Counted from the stretch's first letter, positions 1-7,417 are shown. The stretch: 11,921 nucleotides of DNA from Candidatus Baldrarchaeum yapensis (GCA_016840465.1 JAEOSH010000060.1:1-11921), one strand, 5' to 3'. Translations and numbers: made by a program. The notes: generated by a model not told the origin, from the sequence alone.

Positions 1-46
1 TGTAGGGATTTTAAGGGGCGGTCACGTCTCGGGATCTCTTAAGGAC

Positions 47-325
47 ATGGCGAAGGTGGTTGTCGAGGTATTTTTGGGGTCAATGATAGTCGGTATACTT
101 TTGAAGGTGTCTGAGAGGTGTGGGGGAGTAATTATGCCGGATGATGTCATTCCTTGGGTTGCAAGGAGGATTTTCAGCGGGAACGCTTGGGTATTTGAAA
201 GAATCGTATGGCCGCTACTTAATACTGCGATACAGGTACTTGCGAACGGAGGCCCCATAGTATACCTTATGGGCACTCTCGTGGGCGAGATGATCACAAG
301 GGTGCTGGAGGCGGTGATTGCATGA
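47..325 (+). CDS. Small hydrophobic/amphipathic protein of unknown function (92 aa; may be 5'-partial)
   Basis: ATG47-TGA325. Gly-rich hydrophobic helices (VVVEVFLGSMIVGILLKV; PIVYLMGTLVGEMITRVLEAVIA). The frame has no stop back to position 2, so the true start could lie outside the window. A TTTTAAG TATA-like element near 9-15 would fit a start at 47. Confidence 0.55.
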   Translation: MAKVVVEVFLGSMIVGILLKVSERCGGVIMPDDVIPWVARRIFSGNAWVFERIVWPLLNTAIQVLANGGPIVYLMGTLVGEMITRVLEAVIA

Positions 326-336
326 CCTCTTACTTC

Positions 337-346
337 TTATATTTTT
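337..346 (+). promoter_or_regulatory. AT-rich TATA-like/T-tract element before ORF 378
   Basis: TTATATTTTT lies about 30-40 nt upstream of ATG378, with GAGGGAGCGGTG just before the ATG. It could also act as the terminator of the upstream ORF. Confidence 0.35.
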
Positions 347-377
347 CTGCATAACGTATTTTTGAGGGAGCGGTGCG

Positions 378-3215
378 ATGTTGCAGGAGGAGGTTTTGAG
401 GTGCGCGGTTAAGAGACTCATGTACGGTAAGGATATTGAGGTGGTTGAGAAGTTTGACGGGTTTATGGAGAGCCTTTTGAGCGTTAGGATGGAGTGGGCT
501 CTAAAATTCATGGAGTATGTACTTAGAGAACTATCGTCACTTGAAGGTCGTGTATCTACGAGGAATTACTTATTACGTAGCTTAAGGGTCGTGGAGCGGG
601 CGTTTTACTGGCTTATAAGGATGGGGTTTGTCGAGGATGCGGCGACAGTTTTTAGGAGGATGTTCCTCTCGTTATTGAGGGAGAAGGTCTTCGAAATCTT
701 TAATGCGCTTATGGAGGTTTACGTTAATACATTTGTGGAGATGGGGGTAGACGGCGTCTTATCACCGATTGATGTTGCAAATGAGGTGAGCAATGCGCTA
801 GATGAGTGTAAGCGGTGCGAATATGATCTGGAAGTAGCGTTGAGGGAACTTTTTTCTGTTAAGTATCATCCATTTAGGTGGACTGAGCGCCTATCGCGTG
901 TGTGGTCCAGTGCTATTGGGAGGGCGGTCATGAAGAAGGTTTTGGCGGTGATACAGGAGTGCGGCGGTATTTTAGGGTGGATTCGGAGAATGGGGAGAAA
1001 GTTTAGGTTCAATTTTCTAAGAGCGTTAAAGGAGGTGGATTTGGATCTTGCAATTAAGGTTATCGACGAGTTATGCGTTAAAACCGGTGTGGAGGATGAC
1101 GTTCTTCGGGAATTGGTCTCTAAGGGAAGGCTTGATGAGGCAATTGTCTTTGTTCGGAGGCATTCTGATGATATTTCTCCCGTAGCGTTGCTTGAGTTTG
1201 CGTTCAACATGGTGAAGGCGGGAGTTATGGATGAGGGGTTAAGAGTTCTGGGAGATGTAGTGGAGCGTGGATGGTGTTGCGATGAGGCCTCTCAGGTTTT
1301 AGTGATGAGGATCGCGGATGCTTTGGCCTCAACAGGTAAATTTGAGAACCTAATAGCCATTGCGGAAAAGGGAGAGTTTTTGCATCTTATTCTCATAGGG
1401 CTACTTGCGGGCGGTCATTTTGACAGGGCATTGAAGGTTCTCAAGCGTCTATATGTTCGCGAGCGCTGGTGTGATGAGGAGGGTTTGAGGGCGTGCGAGG
1501 AGGCGCTACGCACCAGAGATATTAAGGAGCTACTCATTTTGATATCTGACGTTTTCAGGAAGTATCATCATATGGACAAAAGTGGTAAGAGTTGGCATAG
1601 TTGGTTTTCAGGCGTTGTTATTCCGGTGTTTTTGGATCTAGGGAACTTTGAGGGCGCGGTTGAGGCGATAAGGTTTTTGTTGGAGTCCATGATGAGGAGA
1701 ATTCCAGACGATGTCCATGAGGTTTGTTGCAGTATTATTCGTTCCGTGAGGAGGCTTATGGAGGAGGGATGGGTGGAAGTTGGATATGCGATGCTTATGG
1801 AAATTTTAAAGATAGCAATTAAGGGGCGTTTTCTCGGATCCCGTGGCAAGTACGTGTCGGATGTTCTTTTGGGAGTAGCAGAGACGTTCTTTTATCATGG
1901 TTTTAAGAGGGAGGCGGTGAAGATGTTAGAAGTTTTCATAAATCTGATAGATGAGCGGATGAGTGAGTGTTGTTCACAGCATCGTGCCTGTATTAGGAAG
2001 TACGGCTCATGTTTGTTGAAGGAATATGTGACATGCTTATTAGAGCTTGTTAAGATGATTAAGGGGCATTTGGATGATGTTTGCAAAGAGAAGTGCTATA
2101 TGAGGGCAATAGACGCGTTGGGCTGCATGGATCATGTCATGAGGGGATTTTTGTTGAGAGACATAGTCGAACACGCCCTATTATGCGATATAAGTCCTAA
2201 GGCCTTGAGGAATATTATGATCCGGGCTCTTCGGACGGTGGGAGTTGTACGAGGGGGAAAGGACAATGACGTTGCGACGAAGTTGGATTATTACCTTGCG
2301 ATTGGCGAGCTGTTGGAAATTTTAAGTGTTGATGTTTTTCGGAGGGCAATTGAACTCGGGAGGTACGATTTCTTCGACGAATATGTTTGTAGGAAGCTTG
2401 TTGAAATTGCGGATAGGATTTTAGAGAACGTTGGCGACGTCCTTCTCGCCTGGTACTTAAAGATTGCTGCTGGTGCGTACTTTATGCTAACGCATGTGAT
2501 TGGAAGGGTGCGAGAAGTCATTAATGCGGTTCGAGGCGTCATCCGAGATATGGAATCGTCAAGTGTGTTAAACGTCTTTGAAGCGTCATCGCTTATGAGC
2601 ATTCTTTTGTGCAAAGGTCTGCTAAGGGAGTCATGCGAGGACGTAATACTAGCAGAGCTTGTAAGGACGATATTATCGGGGAACATATATGTATTTGGTC
2701 GTGAGAGAGGGTTCATTGAGAATGTAATGACTTCAGTGAAGAAAGCGGTTCTTTCAAGGGTTCCATGCGGCAAAAGATCGTTTATAGAGAAAGCTATTAA
2801 CAACATATTATGCGATGACATACTTCGTGTAATAATCGCGTTAGAAATCTACGACATGGCCGTAAAGGACAAAGATAATCTTATGGAGGACGTATCTCGG
2901 GAGATTCTCGAGGCTATTAAGAGGCTCGAGATAAAATTGGGAGAAAGGCGGTGCAATTTATTAACAGAGGGCGTTAGGACGATTTTGTGCAGGAGGGGAG
3001 CAATTTATACCGAAAAATGCGTATCTATAGATATTGCCAAAGAATACATGAAATTGCTACCGCGTGCGTTGCTTAAGGGTTATGATGAGCATTCACTGAT
3101 ACCAATAGGTATCGTGTATGATTTTGAGGAAATTGAGGAGTTCACGAGGTTCGCGACAAAACTTGTGTTGATATGTTTATTTGATCACCTTAGATTGTTG
3201 CAATCGGGTGGTTAA
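378..3215 (+). CDS. Large alpha-helical repeat (TPR/PPR-like solenoid) protein, paralog A, 945 aa, Cys-rich
   Basis: Uninterrupted 2838-bp ORF. About 10 degenerate helix-G-xxx-[EA]-helix units (LVSKGRLDEAIVFV, MVKAGVMDEGLRVL, LLAGGHFDRALKVL, FLDLGNFEGAVEAI, FFYHGFKREAVKML). Collinear with the downstream ORF. No P-loop or catalytic motif recognised. Confidence 0.85.
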   Translation: MLQEEVLRCAVKRLMYGKDIEVVEKFDGFMESLLSVRMEWALKFMEYVLRELSSLEGRVSTRNYLLRSLRVVERAFYWLIRMGFVEDAATVFRRMFLSLLREKVFEIFNALMEVYVNTFVEMGVDGVLSPIDVANEVSNALDECKRCEYDLEVALRELFSVKYHPFRWTERLSRVWSSAIGRAVMKKVLAVIQECGGILGWIRRMGRKFRFNFLRALKEVDLDLAIKVIDELCVKTGVEDDVLRELVSKGRLDEAIVFVRRHSDDISPVALLEFAFNMVKAGVMDEGLRVLGDVVERGWCCDEASQVLVMRIADALASTGKFENLIAIAEKGEFLHLILIGLLAGGHFDRALKVLKRLYVRERWCDEEGLRACEEALRTRDIKELLILISDVFRKYHHMDKSGKSWHSWFSGVVIPVFLDLGNFEGAVEAIRFLLESMMRRIPDDVHEVCCSIIRSVRRLMEEGWVEVGYAMLMEILKIAIKGRFLGSRGKYVSDVLLGVAETFFYHGFKREAVKMLEVFINLIDERMSECCSQHRACIRKYGSCLLKEYVTCLLELVKMIKGHLDDVCKEKCYMRAIDALGCMDHVMRGFLLRDIVEHALLCDISPKALRNIMIRALRTVGVVRGGKDNDVATKLDYYLAIGELLEILSVDVFRRAIELGRYDFFDEYVCRKLVEIADRILENVGDVLLAWYLKIAAGAYFMLTHVIGRVREVINAVRGVIRDMESSSVLNVFEASSLMSILLCKGLLRESCEDVILAELVRTILSGNIYVFGRERGFIENVMTSVKKAVLSRVPCGKRSFIEKAINNILCDDILRVIIALEIYDMAVKDKDNLMEDVSREILEAIKRLEIKLGERRCNLLTEGVRTILCRRGAIYTEKCVSIDIAKEYMKLLPRALLKGYDEHSLIPIGIVYDFEEIEEFTRFATKLVLICLFDHLRLLQSGG

Positions 3216-3237
3216 TGTTTTAATCGTTCTTGAAAAC

Positions 3238-3243
3238 GAGGTG
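3238..3243 (+). promoter_or_regulatory. Shine-Dalgarno site of paralog B
   Basis: GAGGTG ends 6 nt before ATG3250. It supports 3250 over the TTG3181 start given in the track. Confidence 0.7.
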
Positions 3244-3249
3244 GAATTC

Positions 3250-6081
3250 ATGGAGCATCTTCTCAGGCGAGTGATTTGTGCGATTTCCCGGGAAAAAGAT
3301 CCCGAATTGTTCGGGGAACTTATGGAGTTTTTAAGAGTACGGGGAGTGAAGAGTGTTTTGACGGCGTTAAATAGCACATATAATTATTTACTTTCGCGAG
3401 TTGACACGGTGGAGCCGAATGATTTGGGTCTCCTTGAAGTGGTACTCTCTTGGCTTATGAGAATGAATATGACGAATGAAGCCGCATCGCTCTTTAGGAG
3501 TGTCTTTTCATCTCTAATAAGGCGTGGGAGACTTGAGGCGTTTTCTCCACTCATGAAGATCTACGGTCGGGTATTTGCATGTAGAGAGTCGGATGATGTT
3601 ATATCGGTAATCGAGAAAGTCGCAGATGATGTGCATAAAGCGTTGATTGCATGTAGAGATGAAAAAAGGAAATTTAAGAAATGTTTGGATAAACTCTTCA
3701 GGCCGGGAGCCATAGAATCTTTCGTTACATACGAGTCTCAGTATTGTGAATCTTCGCGTGTGTGGTCCAGCATTTTTGGCGCGCGGGTCATGGAGCGGAT
3801 TCTGGCAACAATGGAGGAGAGCGGGGGAGTCATTGAATGGATACGCGTAATGGAACAGAAGTCGAGAGACGACTTTCTGGAAGCATTAAAGGAGTACGAC
3901 CTCGACCTTGCAATAAAAGTAATTAACGAGTCGGGACTCGGCAGAGCAGTAAAGTACGATCTTGTATGCGATCTTATTTCGAATGGAAGAATGAGGGAGG
4001 CATTATCCTTTATTTGGCGGCATATTGAGAGTTTCTGTTATGAGGAGTTATTTGATTTTGCACTGAGTTTTGCAAAGGGCGGATTTATCGATGAAGCTAT
4101 CGATCTAGTAAGGTATACGATTGAGTCGCAATGGGGTGATGTTTTTGACTTCTTCGATACATCTGATAGTCAGATCACATTCATGGAAGTGTTAAAAGTC
4201 CTCCTGCCGGCAAGAAGAACCCTCTACTTGATCAATTTGGCAGATAAGTTATGCATATTGGAACATGTGGTAATGGCGGCAATTGCGGGGGGTTACTTTG
4301 ATCTAGCATGGGAAATCCTAAGGCGTGATTATATAATTTCTGGTTACACAAAGGAAGAGTTGGAAGCGTGTAGGAGGGCATTGCGCGCCGGGGATCTGAA
4401 AAGTGCATTGTTATCCGTATCTAAAGTGTTCCTGAAGAGGTTTGAAGGAGCGTACACAGATATCTATTACGATTATGAGGAGGAAGAGACGGCTCTCAAG
4501 TGGTTTTCGGAGTACGTGATTCCAGCGTTTATAAACATCGGGAACATTGAGGGTGCTGTTCAGATAGTTGAATTCATGCTCGATGCAATAAAATCAGGTA
4601 ACGTCGATAAGTACATAGACGCCTGCAGGAAGCTCGCTGATGCGGCATGTAAAGTTATGAGTGCAGGTCGTCCGGATTTTGGTCGTCGTGTGTTGATGGA
4701 TCTTTTAGCGCATCTCCTTACACACGAACACGAAGATGATATATGCGAAGTAACGTTTGCGTGGATAATAGAAACCGTTCTTAAAGCTATAGAAGGACTT
4801 TACACAAATGGGTTCCACGAAGATGCATTTAGAGTTCTGAATGGAGCCATAATGCTGCTCATGTCTCGCAAATATGAATACTGGAAGGAGCTCGCAACAC
4901 AAGTCTTTATTGAAGAAGTAACGCGAAATGTCATTAATCGCATGTATATGCGCGGACACCTAGATGATAAACGGTACGTGGAATATTATAGCTACTTATT
5001 GAGTATGGCGACCACTCTCTTATCGGGAAATGAGAGAAGCAATTGTCTTAAGCATATAATCTCATCGATGTTGGAAGTCGATCCGCCTAAAGGAGTATTT
5101 AAGGAGATTGTAATGAGATTACTCGAAGTTGTCGGGAATAAAGGGGGAGAGGAGGAAAGCATCTTTTGGGATGTAGACCTTGCCATTAGTGACATTTTAA
5201 GCGTGTTCAACTCTCATATTTATCTTAAGGCCCTAGAAAATAGAAGACTTGAGTACTTTGACCGTGATATTGCACGAAGGCTTGTAGAAATCGTTCACGT
5301 AATATCTCGTGAAACGAGAGGGTCGATTGATTGGAATTTGGTCGTGACGGTATGTGCGTACGGGCTAATAACCGAGATTAATGAAATAGGACACGAGATT
5401 TTAAGAACAATATGGCATAACGTATCATATGAGAAAAAATGGAGAATATTTGAAGTTCTTGACGAGTTATCGCTTTTGAGAGTTATGGCAGGGAGAATAC
5501 TTTCTTACGAGCGTGCTTTAAAAGAATTGTTGGATGCTCTATTTGAACGGTTGCTGAAAGTACCTATATTGGCCACTCAGAGAGATTCTCTATCTATCGA
5601 TGACCTGCTGGGCGCTATCGAAAGAGCACTACATGACGGTTTATTAAACGAGGAAAGAGAAGTCATAAAATGGGCCATCTCTCGGTTACTGGGCAATGAA
5701 TTTTTGCGTTTATTAATAGCGCTTGAAATCAGCAGGTACATTGCGAGTAAAGGGTCAAAGAAAGTAGCAATGAAACTCTTTGATGAAGTACTTGAACTCA
5801 TAAGTAGAACAAACTTTTCGTTGTATGGGATCGTTAATAACTGGGTTGTAGAGGGCATCAGAACGTTTCTGAACAAAACAGGGTCTAAATACACACAAGC
5901 ATTCGGCATTCATAACGTTCATGAGAAGTACTTAAAATCTCTTCCCTCACCGCTAATCTCCGATAATGAAGTTGGCCTATGTGAAAGGAATGTACGTCCT
6001 CATCATCTAATATCTCTAACAGTGCTGATGGCAAAACTTATGCTGATAAGCGTACTCTCCGTTATTATTCCCGTAAAATGA
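3250..6081 (+). CDS. Large alpha-helical repeat (TPR/PPR-like solenoid) protein, paralog B, 943 aa
   Basis: ATG3250-TGA6081. Same repeat units as paralog A (LISNGRMREALSFI, FAKGGFIDEAIDLV, AIAGGYFDLAWEIL, FINIGNIEGAVQIV, LYTNGFHEDAFRVL). The N-terminus aligns with paralog A when started at 3250. Confidence 0.85.
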   Translation: MEHLLRRVICAISREKDPELFGELMEFLRVRGVKSVLTALNSTYNYLLSRVDTVEPNDLGLLEVVLSWLMRMNMTNEAASLFRSVFSSLIRRGRLEAFSPLMKIYGRVFACRESDDVISVIEKVADDVHKALIACRDEKRKFKKCLDKLFRPGAIESFVTYESQYCESSRVWSSIFGARVMERILATMEESGGVIEWIRVMEQKSRDDFLEALKEYDLDLAIKVINESGLGRAVKYDLVCDLISNGRMREALSFIWRHIESFCYEELFDFALSFAKGGFIDEAIDLVRYTIESQWGDVFDFFDTSDSQITFMEVLKVLLPARRTLYLINLADKLCILEHVVMAAIAGGYFDLAWEILRRDYIISGYTKEELEACRRALRAGDLKSALLSVSKVFLKRFEGAYTDIYYDYEEEETALKWFSEYVIPAFINIGNIEGAVQIVEFMLDAIKSGNVDKYIDACRKLADAACKVMSAGRPDFGRRVLMDLLAHLLTHEHEDDICEVTFAWIIETVLKAIEGLYTNGFHEDAFRVLNGAIMLLMSRKYEYWKELATQVFIEEVTRNVINRMYMRGHLDDKRYVEYYSYLLSMATTLLSGNERSNCLKHIISSMLEVDPPKGVFKEIVMRLLEVVGNKGGEEESIFWDVDLAISDILSVFNSHIYLKALENRRLEYFDRDIARRLVEIVHVISRETRGSIDWNLVVTVCAYGLITEINEIGHEILRTIWHNVSYEKKWRIFEVLDELSLLRVMAGRILSYERALKELLDALFERLLKVPILATQRDSLSIDDLLGAIERALHDGLLNEEREVIKWAISRLLGNEFLRLLIALEISRYIASKGSKKVAMKLFDEVLELISRTNFSLYGIVNNWVVEGIRTFLNKTGSKYTQAFGIHNVHEKYLKSLPSPLISDNEVGLCERNVRPHHLISLTVLMAKLMLISVLSVIIPVK

Positions 6082-6298
6082 GACAAAGCCTCTAGGTCAG
6101 AGGTAGATCCTGTTAGTGATGTATCCATTAAGTACCCACTGCGATATCTCGTGTAATGTATTTGGTGATTTAAGCAAATATTGGAATATGTAAATATTTG
6201 CCACGAACGGGTGGGAGATGTCGTGTTAGTGCGATTATTTGTCATGTTATGGGTACAGTCGGTCGAGATTGTTAACATCATTTATTCACGCGCATTAG

Positions 6299-6624
6299 AA
6301 ACATGATGGGGCTTTTATCACCATAGACGGTGGGATATCGGATGGGAGGCTTATGATGGAGAAGAATGCTGGCATTGGGGTCAGGCGGACGGATAGGCCT
6401 CTATACTGATGTATTTAATGACGTACGTGGCGAAGGAAGGGTAACTGACACAAGTACGGTTGATTTTTTATGATCCTGGAAAATACGGAAGAAAGGATGT
6501 GGTTTTTGATTTTCATGCACCTGATCTTGGCAAATTATTAGTGGGAGTATCGACTTACGTCGGTAATGTGTTCTGGGGAGTTTTTAAGGGAACTATGGGA
6601 TTGGTTAGTGTAAGCATCTCGTAA
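6299..6624 (+). pseudogene. Possible frameshifted remnant of a beta-rich protein gene
   Basis: Protein-like segments in three successive + frames: 6299-6409 (HDGAFITIDGGISDGRLMM), 6366-6473 (MLALGSGGRIGLYTDV) and 6445-6624 (VRLIFYDPGKYGRKDVVFDF...). Pattern impression only. Confidence 0.2.
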
Positions 6625-6638
6625 TTGCTCACACAATC

Positions 6639-6654
6639 AGAAAAGTACTTAAGT
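6639..6654 (+). promoter_or_regulatory. Putative BRE-TATA promoter of tRNA-Glu
   Basis: AGAAAAGTA followed by CTTAAGT (6648-6654). A similar AAAAAC-CTTAAGT element precedes rps17e on the minus strand. Confidence 0.5.
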
Positions 6655-6716
6655 TGAAAGGACAAGGTAAGGCAGAGGTATTGCACTGGTAGTTGTGTGG
6701 CGTGGTAGGGGCGGTT

Positions 6717-6807
6717 GCCCCGGTGGTGTAGCCCGGTCAAGCATGCGGGCCTTTCGAGCGCTGGGTGGAGATAGCCCGCGACCCGGGTTCAAATCCCGGC
6801 CGGGGCA
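6717..6807 (+). tRNA. tRNA-Glu(UUC) with a 16-nt intron; CCA not encoded
   Basis: Acceptor GCCCCGG/CCGGGGC, D stem GTGT/GCAT, anticodon stem CGGGC/GCCCG, anticodon TTC at 6753-6755, T arm CCGGG-TTCAAAT-CCCGG, discriminator A6807 followed by CTA. Confidence 0.96.
6757..6772 (+). other. tRNA intron at canonical position 37/38 with a bulge-helix-bulge motif
   Basis: Intron AGCGCTGGGTGGAGAT. Central helix CTTT/GGAG (two G-U pairs), 3-nt bulges CG^A and AT^A. Removing it restores the 7-nt anticodon loop CTTTCGA. Confidence 0.9.
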
Positions 6808-6810
6808 CTA

Positions 6811-6820
6811 TTTCTCTTTT
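6811..6820 (+). terminator. Pyrimidine/T-tract terminator after the tRNA
   Basis: TTTCTCTTTT starts 4 nt after the discriminator base. Oligo-T tracts are the known archaeal intrinsic terminator signal. Confidence 0.55.
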
Positions 6821-6913
6821 CATGTGGATATGCGGGGTTCACCATTCTATGGGATTAAATATTATCGGGAGGACAGTATAAGGGGATTTTGTAGGGTTCA
6901 GGGTGTGGCCACC

Positions 6914-7342
6914 ATGATAAGGGAGAAGATTCTGGAGGCGCTTAGGGAGCCGTCGACGGTGACGGAGTTGGTCAAGAAGCTGGGTAGGTCGAGTGAGCAC
7001 ATCAAGCGTGTGCTCAGGGAATTGGAAAGGGAAGGACTTGTGAGGTCGAAAAGCATAGGGAGGATGAAGATCTACTGGGTGGAGCAGGCCGTGGGAGGAG
7101 TGGAGGAGCTGGAGAGGAGGGTAAAAGAGCTGGAGGAGGAGTTAGAAAGGCTGCGTGAGGAGAATCGGAAGTTGAGGGAGGAGGCAGCGCGACCGGGCGA
7201 GATGGACAGGTTATGGGAGAAGTTGGAGGAATGGAAGGAGTATGCTTTCAAGCTTGCTGACATCATTGCATATCAGCGGGGAATGACGGTCAAGGAGGTA
7301 CTGAAAGAGACGGGCGCGCCGCTCGAGGAAGAGGAGGAATGA
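6914..7342 (+). CDS. Winged-helix + leucine-zipper + small C-terminal helical domain protein (142 aa); candidate Hop2/Mnd1/Swi5-like
   Basis: ATG6914 has an SD-like GGGTG at 6901-6905; the track's 6695 start runs through the tRNA. aa1-58 form a wHTH ending GLVRSKSIGRMKIYW. aa63-91 are heptads (L66 V70 L73 L77 L80 N84 L87). The C-terminus is KEYAFKLADIIAYQRGMTVKEVLKETG. The CDS is secure; the family call is inference. Confidence 0.85.
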   Translation: MIREKILEALREPSTVTELVKKLGRSSEHIKRVLRELEREGLVRSKSIGRMKIYWVEQAVGGVEELERRVKELEEELERLREENRKLREEAARPGEMDRLWEKLEEWKEYAFKLADIIAYQRGMTVKEVLKETGAPLEEEEE

Positions 7343-7356
7343 CGTGGTGCTTTGAG

Positions 7357-7370
7357 GGAAGAGTTAATAA
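7357..7370 (+). promoter_or_regulatory. Putative BRE-TATA promoter of rpl13e
   Basis: GGAAGAG-TTAATAA about 48 nt upstream of GTG7418; SD GGAGG at 7405-7409. Confidence 0.5.
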
Positions 7371-7417
7371 GAGGAAGGGTGTGAGAGTGATCCAAGTAGT
7401 GCTAGGAGGAAGCGGAC

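Noticed and set aside
3181-3249. TTG3181 start of paralog B overlapping paralog A
   Set aside because: GAGGTG SD before ATG3250, and N-terminal alignment with paralog A favours 3250.
6079-6156. Possible TGA read-through (selenocysteine) extending paralog B by 24 codons
   Set aside because: The C-termini of A and B align and end at about the same point. No SECIS-like element was recognised nearby.
22-6281. Short minus-strand ORFs opposite the small ORF and the solenoid genes, including 6003-6281
   Set aside because: S/T/I/N-rich translations expected from the reverse complement of G/T-rich coding DNA, with no SD or motifs.
1-6716. Integrated mobile element or provirus at tRNA-Glu
   Set aside because: No integrase, transposase, viral hallmark or duplicated tRNA end is visible in the window. 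It cannot be excluded beyond the left edge.
6695-6913. 73-aa N-terminal extension of the wHTH ORF given in the track
   Set aside because: It runs through the tRNA-Glu gene and its terminator. ATG6914 has an SD-like site and starts exactly at the wHTH fold.
6908-6916. Perfect vertebrate Kozak context GCCACCATG at the start of the Hop2/Mnd1-like gene
   Set aside because: A single occurrence, and an SD-like GGGTG lies upstream. The other starts in the window use SD motifs, so it is best treated as coincidence.
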